Below, piece after piece: positions 10,765-22,029 of a stretch of 28,052 nt of DNA. Within the stretch, counting starts at the first letter, position 1, and every line of letters starts with the position of its first letter. The DNA comes from Chiloscyllium plagiosum (taxonomy: Eukaryota). The notes under the pieces were generated by a model. It made no database searches. It had not been told where the DNA came from and saw only the letters and a list, made by a program, of their open reading frames with translations. The position numbers and the translations under genes are program-made. Where the stretch lies: NCBI RefSeq assembly GCF_004010195.1, contig NC_057720.1, forward strand, positions 12,092,543 to 12,120,594, given 5' to 3'.

Positions 10765-11062
10765 CTCTACAGGCAGCACTGTCCAAATGCAGAAGCACAA
10801 GGACAACAGATTCATGGGGACACCACCCCCTGCAAGTTCCTGTTGAAACACTCACTATCCTGACTTGGAAATATATTGCCCTTCCTTCATTGTCACTGGG
10901 ACAAAAATCCTGGAATTTGCTGCCTCCTATCTTTGTGGCGTTACCTACACTATATGGACTGCAATGGTTCAAGAAGCATTTCACCACCACTTTCTCCACA
11001 GTAATTGGAAATGGGCAATAAATTCTGGTCCAGCCAGTGACACCCACATTCTGTGAATTAAT
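10765..11062 (+). mobile_element. 3' end of a non-LTR retrotransposon sharing its tail with the 6226-6569 SINE family
   Basis: Ends atgggcaataaattctggtccagccagtgacacccacattctgtgaa. Homologous copies lie at about 18085-18530 (+), 3165-3530 (-) and 960-1220 (-). Confidence 0.7.
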
Positions 11063-11127
11063 TCCAGAATCCGACAAACTAACGTTTTATCATTCATGCA
11101 CTCGGATACCCAGATCCCTCTATCTCA

Positions 11128-11234
11128 GAAACAAAAAAAGCCAGACATTGCTGGAAAAGCTCAGCAGGTCTCGGCAGGATCTGTAGAGAGAAACCAGAGT
11201 TAACGTTTCATGTCCGGTGACCCTTCCTCAGAAC
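11128..11234 (-). mobile_element. Penelope-like terminal-repeat fragment, third family, with hammerhead motif
   Basis: Minus strand gtt-CTGAGGA-agggtcaccggacat-GAAA-CGTT-aac. Related decayed copies lie at about 1698-1790, 7935-8060, 17238-17320 and 26670-26740. Confidence 0.7.
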
Positions 11235-11493
11235 ATCCTATGTTTCAGACCTCTGCAATTTCTATCCAGTTAGATAAAACAGTTTATTTTCATTCTTTTA
11301 ATGAAACCGGAAAACTTCAGATTTTTTTGCATTATACTCTATTTGCCAGATCTCTCTCCCATTCACTTAGCCTTTTTGCAATCTGTGTATGTCCTCTTAA
11401 CAACTTATTTCCTCCCTATCTTTGTATCATCTGCAAATTTGGCAATCCCTCACTCCAAGTCATTTACGTATACAGCAACTGTTGAGGTCCCAG

Positions 11494-11589
11494 TGTGGCT
11501 GATGAAGGGCTTTTGCCCAAAATGTGGATCTTCCTGCTCCTCGGATGCTGCCTGACCTGCTGTGCTTTTCCAGCACCATTCTAATCTAG
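11494..11589 (+). mobile_element. Penelope-like terminal-repeat fragment, hammerhead GAAA box mutated
   Basis: 16-bp TSD actgttga(g/a)gtcccag (11478-11493, 11590-11605); ctgatgaagggcttttgccc followed by AAAA in place of GAAA. Confidence 0.78.
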
Positions 11590-12164
11590 ACTGTTGAAGT
11601 CCCAGCACAGATCGCTATTACACATCCCTCATCACATCTTGCCAACCTGAAAAAGACTCATTTATATCTATTCTGTGCTTCCTAACAGCCAGTTAATCTT
11701 CTCTTTAAGCAACACGCACCTACATACTCCGCAATAACATTTGATGTGACACTTTATTAATTCTGGAAATTCAAGTAAAGCTTAAAGTAAAACTCTTTGA
11801 ACCTCAGATTTGAAGATTTTAATCAACCCAGCATCCATAGTATTCAGATGGAGGATTCCAGATTTATACTAATTTTTAAAAATTCTTAATTTCATTGATT
11901 TTAAGATTATGTCCTCCAGTTTTAGGTTCCTCCAACACCACTCACCCACCAAGGAATGAGTTTTTGTGTGTTAACCTGAGTGAACACCTTTATGATTTCA
12001 AGCAGTCTAATAACTCAACCTTCCAAACTTGAAGAAAAATAAATTTAGGGCCTGGCCCTACTGTCTAGGAGTGGGAAATAGAGGTCAGCATTGTTTCTGA
12101 ATGCTGAACCTGGCTCTGGAAGTGAAGTCAAGAGTATGCTGGAAAAGCAGAGCAAAATATTTCC

Positions 12165-13789
12165 AAATATTTTGGAAAAGAATTGGCATATCAGTGATGG
12201 GCAACATGGTTTTGTGTGGAGTAGATAGTGCCTTACCAACTTAATAGAGTTCTTTGAGGAAGTGACCAAATTGGTAGATGAAGGAAGGACTGTAGATGTC
12301 ATACACGTGGACTTTAGTAAGGCATTTGATAAGGTTCCCCATGGTAAACTAATGGAGAAAGTGAAGTCACATGATGTGCAGGGTGTTCTAGCTAGGTGGA
12401 TAAAGAACTGGTTGAACAACAGGAGACAGAGAGTAGTAGTTGAAGGGAGTTTCTCTAAATGGAGAAAGGTGGCCAGTGGTGTTCCACAGGGGTCAGTGCT
12501 GGGGCCACTGTTGTTTGTGATATACATAAATGATCTGGAAGAGGGCATTGTTGGTCTGATCAGTAAGTTTGCAGATGACAAGAAGATTGGTGGAGTAGCA
12601 GAAAGCATAAGGGACTGTCAAAGAATACAGGAGAATACAGATAGACTGGAGAGTTGGGCGGAGAAGTGGCAGGTGGAGTTCAATCCAGGCAAATGTGAGG
12701 TGATGCATTTTGGGAAGTCTAATTCTAGAGCGAACTATACTGTAAAGAGAAGAAGTTGATGAGCAGAGAGATCTGGGAGTGCAGGTCCATTGTACCCTGA
12801 AGGTGGCTGCACAGGTGGATAGAGTGGTCAAGATGGCATGTAGTATATTGCCTTCATCAGACGGGGTATTGAGTCTAAAAGCTGGCAGGTCATGTTAAAA
12901 TTGTACAAGGCTTTGGTTCGACCGCATTTAGAATACTGTGTACAGTTTTGGTCGCCACATTACCAAAGGATTGTGGATGCTTTGGAGAAGGTGCAGAGAA
13001 GGTTTACGAGGATGTTGCCTGGTATGGAAGGTGCTAGCTATGAAGAAAGGTTGAGTAGGTTAGGATTGTTTTCATTAGAAAAAAGGAGATTGAGGGGGGA
13101 CCTGATTGAGGTTTACAAAATCATGAAGGGTATAGACAGGATGGATAGAGATGAGCTTTTTCCCAGGGTGAGTGATTCAATAACGAGAGATCACATGTTA
13201 AAGGTGAGAGGTGAAAAGTTTATGGGGGATATACGCAACAAGTACTTTACACAGAGGGTGGTGGGCATCTGGAATGTGTTGCCAGCAGAGGTGGTAGAGG
13301 CAGGCATGGTAGATTCATTTAAGATGCGTCTGGACAGATGTATGAGTAGGTGGGGAGCAGAGGGATACAAATGTTTAGAAACAGCTTTAGATTAGATTAG
13401 ATGCCCTACAGTGTGGAAACAGGCCCTTCGGCCCAACAAGTCCACACCGACTCTCCGAAGAGTATACCACCCAGACCCATTTCCCTCTGACTAATACACC
13501 TAACATTATGGACAGTTTAGCATGGCCAATCCACCTGACCTGCACATCTTTAGACTGTGGGAGGAAACCGAAGCACCCGGAGGAAACCCACGTAGACACC
13601 GGGAGAATGTGCAAATTCCATGCAGACAGTCGCCCGAGGCTGGAATCAAACCTGGGATCCTAGCGCTGTGAGGCAGCAGTGCTAACCACTGAGCTACCAT
13701 GTCGCCTGGTTTAGACAGTGGATTTGGATCGGCTCAGGCTTGGAGGGCCGAAGGGCCTGTTCCTGGGCTGTAAATTTTCTTTGTTCTTT
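12165..13789 (+). mobile_element. 5'-truncated CR1 LINE with disrupted reverse transcriptase
   Basis: ORFs 12262-12759 (DFSKAFDKVPH, SGVPQGSVLGPLLF, FADD) and 12892-13395 (RPHLEYCVQFWSPH), separated by a stop and frameshifts; ttctttg tail. Confidence 0.93.
13387..13706 (-). mobile_element. Full-length HE1-type V-SINE nested in CR1 3' UTR
   Basis: tRNA head (tagctcagtggttagc), V-domain and (TCTAA)n tail on the minus strand. Confidence 0.9.
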
Positions 13790-13898
13790 GTCAGGCAGCT
13801 TCTGAGGAGCTGGAGAATCAATGTTTCAGACATAAGCCCTTCATCAGGAAATGTCAATCATTGAGATTTGTGCTGGGATGCCCCTTGATTGGGTAGAA

Positions 13899-14235
13899 GG
13901 AGTTGTGTGGTGCCTCAGTGGTTAGCACTGCAGCGTTGCAGCACCAGGGACTCCCATTCAATCCCACCTTGGGCGACTTTCTGTGCGGAGTTTGTATATT
14001 CTTCATGTGACTGCGTGGGTTTCCCCCGAGTGCGCCCGTTTCCTCCCACAGTCCAAAGATGTGCAGGTTAGTGGATTGGCCATGCGAAATTGCTCCATAG
14101 TGTCCAGGGATGCACAGGCTAGATGAATTAGACGTGGATAAGGTAGGGGCATGGATCTGGGTGGGATGCTGTTTGGAGGGGTGGTGTGGACTCAATGGGC
14201 TGAATGGCCTGCTTAGAATCCCTGTAGGGATTCTA
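13899..14235 (+). mobile_element. HE1-type V-SINE, older copy
   Basis: ctcagtggttagcactgc head, V-domain and tail ending ctgtagggattcta. Confidence 0.85.
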
Positions 14236-14580
14236 AGACACATTCTATGTCCCCTGAAGGAATGTCAATGTTGGAGTGAAAATCAGAACCCTTTCCAACA
14301 TGGAAGGTAAATGGGAGAGAGGCTTCTTCAACATGACAGTGCCCTGTGTTTGACATTTTAAATTAAAATGTTGTGTTCGCACCATGTCCCACGGTGTGGG
14401 CAGATGTGTGTGGGTTTGAGGGGAATTGGTGTTGGAGGAACATCCCTGCAAGGTAGCCTGTGGCTGCTCCAACTCCCAGGAAGGAAGGCCCTCTCTATCT
14501 GCCTAGAGTGCTGCCTCTGGGCCTGTCACTGCTGGGAACCTGGAGTCCGGTTTTAATTGTCCTCAGTTCAGTCTTGATGA

Positions 14581-14769
14581 GGAGAAAGTGAGGACTGCAG
14601 ATGCTGGAGATAAGAGTCGAGAGTGGGGTGCTGGAAAAGCACAACAGGTCAGGCATGATCCGATGAGCAGGAGAATCGACATTTCGGGCAAGAGTCCTTC
14701 ATCAGGAATGGTTTTCGCGGATGCTGACTGACCTGCTGTGTTTTTCCAGCACCCCACTCTCTACTCAGC
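14581..14769. mobile_element. Penelope-like insertion with partial inverted copy
   Basis: TSD tcttgatga (14572-14580, 14770-14778). An imperfect arm of about 44 bp (gagagtggggtgctggaaaa...) is inverted at the right end. Confidence 0.75.
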
Positions 14770-14921
14770 TCTTGATGAACCTGTTTGACCCATCTACCAA
14801 GTGCTGACCAGTTGCCCTACCAGCTCCCCGTTCCAGCCTTGGAACCATGTGATCTGTTTTCAAGATTTGGCTCTACTTTGGCTCCCAGTATCATTGCGGT
14901 GAATCTGTGCTGCACACCCCA

Positions 14922-15250
14922 AGGGACGTTGATGGCCTGGTGGTATTATCACTGGCCTGTTAATTCAGAGACCCAGGTTATATTCTGGAGTTCAAATCCT
15001 GTCACAGCAGATGGTGGAATTTGAATTCAGTTAAAATCTGAAATGAAGAGTCTAATGATGATCACAAATTGATTGCCAGGAAAACCCATCTGCTTCACTA
15101 ATGTCCTTTAGGGAAGGAAACTGCCGTCTTTACCTGGTCTGGCTTAACATGGGATTCCAGACCCACAGTAGTTGACTCTCAACTGTTTGATGGGTAATAA
15201 GTGCTGACCTAAACAGCAATGTCGTAATTCCCATGAGTGCATCAAATAAC
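14922..15250 (+). mobile_element. tRNA-derived SINE, same family as 6226-6569
   Basis: gatggcctggtgg head, gttcaaatcc B-box and body collinear with 6226-6569. Confidence 0.8.
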
Positions 15251-15604
15251 CCATATACCTTCATTGAGGTACAGTGTCCAAAACTGAATGCAGAATGCCA
15301 GCTGGGTTTGGCTGAGTTCACATGAAGTCAAAGCATGATTCCTCACATTTGAATTCCCCTCCCCATGTACCAACAACATCATTCAAACTTGCTCCTTCAC
15401 TTTTGTTTTGGGCAAATACTGCAAATTTACTAGGAGCTGAACTATTTCCGTCTTTCAGTCTGCCTGAATGAAATTTCAGCTGCGTCCCAGAAAGACAGGA
15501 ATCTAACCGCAATAACAGTATTCCACTCTCTCTCAGACGTTCAATTATTAATGCTTAGACTGCACTGGCTGAACTACTCAAATCCTTCAACTAATTGCAA
15601 GTAG

Positions 15605-16398
15605 AAAGACCATAAGATGTAGGAGCTGAAGTAGGCCATTCAGCCCATCCTATCTGCTCTGCCATTCATTGAGATTGTGCCTGATCTGATAATCCTCAAC
15701 TCCACTTTCCTGCCTTTTCCCCATAACCCTTGATTCCCTTACTGATTAAAAATACATCCATCTCAGTCTTTAATATACATAATGACCCAGCCTTTGAGAA
15801 GCCTGTGCAGTAAAGAATTTTGCAAATCGTTATCCCCTGAGAGAAAAAAATCCTCCTCGTCTCTTTTTTTTTAAATGTGTGGACAATTAATCTGAGATTA
15901 TGCCCTCTGCTCTTAGACAGTCCCTCAAGGGAAAACAATCTTCCTGCAGTTACCCTGTCAAGTTCCCTAAGAATCTTATAAGTTTTAATAAGGTTCCTCT
16001 CATTCCCCTATATTCCAATGAGTACAGACCCAATCTACTCGACCTTCTCATAAGACAGTCCCTCCATTCCTGGGATCAGTTTAGTGAACCTTCTCTGATC
16101 TACCACTAATATCTTTCCTTAGATAAAGGGCCCAAAATTGTTCATAGTATTCCAGCTATGGTCTCACAAGTACCTTGTTCAGTTTTAACAAACTCACAAC
16201 TTATAAACTCTGTTCCCTTTGAATGAAAGACCAATCTTCCATTTACCTTCTCTATTGCTCATTCACCTTGGGTGCTAGCTTTTGGTGGTTCATGGACAAA
16301 GCCTCCCAAATCTCTCTGCTCTGTAGCTTTCTGCAATCCTTCTCAATTTAATCAATATTCAGCTCCTCTATTCTCCTGGCCAAATCGTATAACCTAAC
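15605..16398 (-). mobile_element. Decayed CR1 LINE 3' fragment
   Basis: Antisense SRGHNLRL...RRIFFSQ and KGIKGYGEKAGKW peptides with a CR1 3' UTR. Confidence 0.8.
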
Positions 16399-16931
16399 AG
16401 GTTTTTCCAGAGGAAAAGCTTGCATTTATATCATGCTTTTCCAAACTGCAAGATGTCCTAATATAAAATATTTCTGATGTATACTCTCTGTTGCAACATG
16501 AAACAAGCTAGCAGCATGTGTGACTACAGCAAGCTCCTATGAAAAGCAATGAAGTATGTAAGACAATCTGTTACAGGGATGCTGGCTGAAGAATAGATAT
16601 CAGCCAGGGCACTTCTCTGCTCTTCCTAATAGTGCTGTGGAATTGTGAAAGGGGATGCCTGGCTTTTTTCAAAGTCACGTGAGAAAGCCAGCACCTCCAG
16701 CAGTGCTGCACTCTAACTGTCACTCAGATTGAACCAATAGCCCAAAGGGCATTAAGAGTTGCTGAGGATATCATCCTGGAACTTCATTGGAGCAAAAATC
16801 ATGGAGAAATCAGATGCGGATATGAAGGGAGAAAGAATTGAGGGGGATGGTGAATGGATGCAATTGGAGATTGATCTGTGAAAATCAAACAACCCTGTTT
16901 GAGACTAATGGCCTCTTTCTTTAAAAAGACA

Positions 16932-17238
16932 TTAGAATCATAGAGATGTACAGCACAGAAACAGACCCTTTGGTCCAACTTGTCCATGCAGACCAGATAT
17001 CCTAAACTAATCTAGTCCCATTTGCCACCATTTGGCCCATATCCCTCTAAACCCTTCCTATTCATGAACTCATCCAGATGCCTTTTAAATGTAATTGTAC
17101 CAGCCTCCACCACTTCCTCTGGTAGCTAATTCCATACACACACTACCCTCTGTGAAAACGTTGCCCCTTAGATCCCTTTTAAATCTTTCCCCTCACCCTA
17201 AACTTATGCCCTCGAGTTCTGGACTCCCCCACTCCAGA
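16932..17238 (-). mobile_element. CR1 (HER1-like) 3' end
   Basis: Reverse complement of the same 3' region seen at 3843-4503 and 21470-22026. Confidence 0.85.
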
Positions 17239-17322
17239 GAAATTGCTGGAAAAGCTCAGCAGGCCTGGCAGCATCTATGGAGAGAAACCAAACTCCTCGG
17301 TTCTAAAGAAGTGTCACTGAAA

Positions 17323-17610
17323 TAGATTAGATTCCCTAGTGTGTGGGAACAGACCCTTCAGCCCAACCAGTCCACACCGACCCTCCAAAGAGTAACCCAC
17401 CCAGACCCATTTCCCTCTGACTAATGCACCTAACACTATGGGCAAATTTTAGCATGGCCAATTCACCTGACCTGCGCATCTTTGGACTGTGGGAGGAAAC
17501 CCACACAGACAGGGGAGAATGTGCAAACTCCACACAGACAGTCACCCGAGGTTGGAATTGAATCTGGGACCTTGGTGCTGTGAGGCAGCAGTGCTAACCA
17601 CTGTGCCTCC
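17323..17610 (-). mobile_element. HE1-type V-SINE with an internal deletion between the two ggaggaaac repeats
   Basis: Collinear with 13387-13706 except that the segment between the two ggaggaaac repeats is missing. Confidence 0.88.
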
Positions 17611-17831
17611 CCAAGTTTGTGAGACTTGATCCCTAAATGCTATATTTCTCTGTCACAACAATGTCTGGAATTCACAAACACCTCATTGGCTGTGATTTGC
17701 TTTGATTCCCGGAGTCATGACGGGCTCTTGTATAAAATGTGAATCTCCTCACAGCTTCATTTTGATAGTTGATGTTTTTATTTTATGGCCGTATCTGATT
17801 CACTGTATGTTGAGAAAGGCTTAAAGGCTAC

Positions 17832-18060
17832 TGATAGTAGTGATGATTTGGAGATGCCGGTGTTGGACTGGGGTGTACAAAGTTAAAAATCACACAACAC
17901 TAGATTATAGTCCAACAGGTTTAATTGGAAGCACATTAGCTTTCAGAGCGACGCTCTCCTACACTCACCTGTTGAAGTGAAGGAGCGTCGCTCCGAAAGC
18001 TAATGTGCTTCCAATTAAACCTGTTGGACTATAACCTGGTGTTGTGTGATTTTTAACTTT
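17832..18060. mobile_element. Palindromic Penelope-like insertion, AGCU family
   Basis: 78-bp inverted arms 17879-17956 and 17983-18060 with 3 mismatches; 11-bp TSD ttaaaggctac (17821-17831, 18059-18069). Confidence 0.85.
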
Positions 18061-18941
18061 AAAGGCTACCATCCTTCATGGAACTGGGCTGCATAGATTT
18101 ACGTAGGATAAATGACACAGGTATAGGCCAGTCTGTCCATTCCATTCTATATCCACTCCCTCCAACATCGACACTCAGTAACGGCAATGTATACTGTCTA
18201 CAAGATGCATTGCAGACATTCACAAACGCTTCTTCAGCAGCCCCTTCCAAACCAATGACCACTTCCTTCTAGAACGAATGGGGCCACAGATACATGGGAG
18301 CATACCCACCTGCAAGTTGCCCTCCAAGCCCCTCACCATCCTGACTTGGAAATACATCGCCGTTCCTTCACTGTCACGAGGTCAAAAGCTTGGAACTCCT
18401 TCTGCAGCTGCATTATCCACCCATATACCAAATGGACTGCAGTGGTTCCAAGGAGGTGGCTCACCACTATTCATCACCCGGGAAAGTAAAGCTAGGCGTT
18501 AAATGCTGACCTGCCTAACAATGCCCCCAACAACTAACATGGGCATAGAAACATAAAAAATTGGTGTGGGCCATTCAGCCCTTTGAGCCCGTTCTGCCAT
18601 TTAATACGATCATGGCTGACCATCCAACTAAGTCTCCTATTCACACTTTCACCCCTTACCCTTTGAAACCTTTAGCCATTAGAACTGTATCTAACTCCTT
18701 CTTGAATATATTCAATGTTTTGGACTGTGACTCCTGGTTTTGGTCTCCCCTGTCATCAAGAACATCTTTCCAGTATTTACCCATGCAGCTTTCTGACCTC
18801 TCCCAAGCCAATAGTGAGGAAAGGTGAGCAGTGACATTGGGAGAAGAGCTATGAAATCCCTGGAAAATAGCATGAAAAATGGAGAAAAACCATGGACCTT
18901 CGTGGAGCACCACTCTTAATCACTAAATCTCGGTTATATAA

Positions 18942-19332
18942 AGGGACAGCACGGTGGCTCAGTGGTTAGCACTGCTGCCTCACAGCACCAGGGACCCAGG
19001 TTTGATTCCTTGGGTGACTGACTGTGTGGAGTTTGCATGTTCTCTCTGCATAGGTTTAACAAAGCTTTTCATTATCCTTCAGTACACATGACAATAAATC
19101 AATCAATCAATTGCTCTGGGTGCTCTGGTTTCATTCCACAGTCCAAAGATGTGCAGGTTAGGTGGACTGGCCATGTTAAATTGCCCATAGTGTCCAGGGA
19201 TGTGCAGTTTAGATGGGTTTGCCATAGGAAATACAGGATTGGGCGGGTGGGTCTGGGTGGGATGCTCTTTGGAGGGTGGGTGTGGACTCGATGGGCCGAA
19301 TGGCGTGCTTCCGCACTGTCAGGATTCTATGA
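18942..19332 (+). mobile_element. HE1-type V-SINE interrupted by an approximately 53-bp LINE tail
   Basis: Head gcacggtggctcagtggttagcactgctgcctcacagc; V-domain broken at 19058-19110. Confidence 0.87.
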
Positions 19333-19474
19333 TGAAATATAACCTGATCAAGTGTTTGAATTATTAGCCCAGTTAATTGCAAGCTGTCCGTTCATTCTAA
19401 CAAAAACATGAGGCACACAGACAACCAATATAAATGATTTTCACTATGACAGCAATGTCAGCTTGGTAAGGAAA

Positions 19475-20375
19475 CATCGGCGCTAGGTTTGCAGATGACC
19501 CAAAGATAGGTGGAGGAATGGGTAGTGTTGAGGAAGCAGGGGCTGCAGACAGACTTGGGTTGTCTAGGAGAGTGGGCAAAGAGGTGGCAAAGTGTGACGT
19601 TATACACTTTGGTAGAAGAATAGAGGCACAGACTATTTTCTAAATGGGAAAAGGCTTCAGAATTCTGAAGCATATAGGAACTTGGGAGTCTTAGTTCAGA
19701 ATTCTGTTAAGGTTAACATGTAAATTCACTCAGTGGTTAGGAAGATGAAATGCAGTGTTAGCATTTGTTTTTGTTGGGGGGGGGGGCTAGAAAAGAATGG
19801 TAGAAACGTACTGCTGAGACTATATAAGGATCTGGTCAGATTGCATTTGGAATATTGTGAGCAGTTTTGAGACCCGTATCTAAGAAGGATGTACAGGGTT
19901 TGCAAGAATGATCCCAGAATGAAGGGCTTGTCATATGAGGGGAATGGTTGAGGACTCTGTGTTTATCTTTGATGGAGTTTAGAAGGACGAAGGTGGGGTC
20001 TGATTGAAACTTACAGAATACTGAGAGGCCTGGATAGAGTGGATGTGGAGAAGATGTTTCCACTGTTAAGAGAGACCAGGATCCAAGGGCACATCCTCAG
20101 AGTGAAGGGATGACCCTTTAGAACTGAGATGAGGAGGACGTTGTTCAGCCAGAAGGTGGTGGATCAGTGGAACTCATTGTCTGCAGAGGGTTGTGGAGGC
20201 CAAGTCATTGAATGTATTCAACCAGAGATGGTTGGGTTCTTCATTAGTAAGGGGATCCAGGGTTGCAGCCAGAAGGCAGGAGAATCAGGTTTGCGAAACC
20301 TATCAGCCAAGATTGAATGGTGGAGCAGACTTGATGGGCAGAATGGTCTAATTCTGCTCCGATATCTTATTGTCT
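19475..20375 (+). mobile_element. Decayed CR1 LINE 3' portion
   Basis: tttgcagatgac (FADD), catttggaatattgtgagcagttt (HLEYCEQF) and FSQKVVDQWNSL, followed by a CR1 3' UTR. Confidence 0.85.
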
Positions 20376-21614
20376 AAGATCTAAGGAGTACCATGGTGCT
20401 CTACCTCACATCCCTTGTTAGGATTTATAAGTTGGCTGGTGAAATATAATTGTGTTTGACACTCAGACAGCAGTAATGGGAATTTAACATGTAACTGTGT
20501 CTGTTCTGATTGAAGAGTCTCTTTTCATAAGCTGACCACACGAGTGCAACACTTAAACATTGCATCAGCACTTTCCCGCTTCAGCTTCTGTGTGAAATCA
20601 ATAGAAGAGGAATTTCCTTCATGTCCTCATCCAACCAAGTGATAATTATCACTGCTGGAGATCAGAATATCTGGTATTTTGTTTCTTGGTGTTGTGTAGT
20701 ACATCTTGTAAGTGTTAAAAGTGCTTTATATAACAGTAATCTTGGAACCATTTGCCAACAGCATGCTTTGCTCTCTATTGGAAAAATATTTTAAAAAAGC
20801 AGGAGTCTACATTTATATAAATGATTTGGACGTGAACATCAGAGGTATAGTTGGTAAGTTTGCAGATGATACCAAACTTAAAGGTGTAGTGGACAGCGAA
20901 GAAGGTTACCTCAGATTACAACAGGATCTTGATCAGATGGGCCAATGGGCTGAGGAGTGGCAGATGGAGTTTAATACAGATAAATGCGAGGTGCTGCATT
21001 TTGGAAAAGCAAATCAGAGCAGGACTTACACACTTAATGGTAAGGTCCTGGGGAGTGTTGCTGAACAAAGAGACCTTGGTGTGCAGGTTCATAGTTCCTT
21101 GAAAATGGAGTCACAGGTAGATAGGATAGTGAAGAAGGCGTTTGGTATGCTTTCCTTTATTGGTCAGAGTACTGAGTACAGGAGTTGGAAGGCCATGTTA
21201 TCGCTGTACAGAACATTGGTTAGGCCATTGTTGGAATATTGTATGCAATTCTGGTCTCCTTCCGATCGGAAAGATGCTGTGAAACTTGAAAGGGTTCAGA
21301 AAAGATTTACAGGGATGTTGCCAGGGTTGGAGGATCTGAGCTACAGGGAGAGGTTGAAGAGGCTGAAGAGGCTTTTTCCCTGGAGTGTTGGAACCTGAGG
21401 GGTGACCTTACAGAGGTTTATAAAATCATGAGTGACATAGATAGGATAAATAGTCAAGGTCTTTTCCTTGGGGTTGGGGAGTCCGGGACTAAAGGGCATA
21501 GATTTAGGGTGAGAGGGAAAGATATATAAGGGACCTAAGGGGCAAACTTTTCACACAGAGGGTGGTGAATGTATGGAATAAGCTGCTAGGGAAAGTGGTG
21601 GAGGCTAGTACAAT

Positions 21615-21847
21615 GCTGAAAAATGTGTTGCTGGAAAAGCGCAGCAGGTCAGGCAGCATGTAAGGAGCAGGAGAATTGATGTTTCGGGGATAAGCCCTTC
21701 TTCAGGAATCTTCAGGTTCCTGAAGAAGGGCTTATGCCCGAAACGTCGATTCTCCTGCTCCTTTGATGCTGCCTGACCTGCTGCGCTTTTCCAGCAACAC
21801 ATTTTTCAGCTCTGATCTCCAGCATATGCAGAGCTCACTTTCTCCTA
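21615..21847. mobile_element. Palindromic Penelope-like insertion, ACGU family
   Basis: 94-bp inverted arms 21615-21708 and 21717-21810 with 5 mismatches and an 8-nt spacer; perfect 14-bp TSD gaggctagtacaat (21601-21614, 21848-21861). Confidence 0.9.
21717..21752 (+). ncRNA. Minimal type I hammerhead ribozyme motif (predicted dimer-dependent)
   Basis: CUGAAGA (21720-21726), stem II GGGC-uuau-GCCC, GAAA (21740-21743), palindromic ACGU helix III and GUC cleavage triplet (21745-21747). Helix I is short. Activity is untested. Confidence 0.65.
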
Positions 21848-22029
21848 GAGGCTAGTACAATTGCAACATTTAAAAGGCATCTGGATGGGTATATGAATAG
21901 GAAGGGTTTGGAGGGATATGGGCCAGGTGCTGGCAGGTGCGACTAGATTGGGTTGGGATATCTGGTCGGCATGGACGGGTCAGACAGAAGGGTCTGTTTC
22001 CATGCTGTACATCTCTAAGAGTCTGTGGC

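Larger units (their letters stand above)
9958..11775 (-). mobile_element. Old fragmented CR1 LINE carrying several nested insertions
   Basis: Degenerate antisense CR1 3' UTR, ORF2 C-terminus and RT motif (tcatctgcaaa, i.e. FADD), interrupted at about 10130-10320, 10765-11062, 11128-11234 and 11494-11589. Confidence 0.65.
20811..22026 (+). mobile_element. Relatively young CR1 (HER1-like) LINE 3' portion with a nested palindromic insertion
   Basis: ORF 20712-21398 is RT C-terminus from IYINDLD onward (FADDTK, RPLLEYCMQFWSP). Possible TSD or microhomology atttatata at 20811-20819 and 22033-22041. Confidence 0.92.

Noticed and set aside
20638..20653. Perfect 16-bp palindrome agtgataattatcact (double GATA)
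   Set aside because: Roughly 0.4 such palindromes are expected by chance in 28 kb, and there is no other support.
20712..21398. 228-aa ORF as a host gene
   Set aside because: It is CR1 RT C-terminus preceded by about 33 codons of flanking read-through, with no ATG start.
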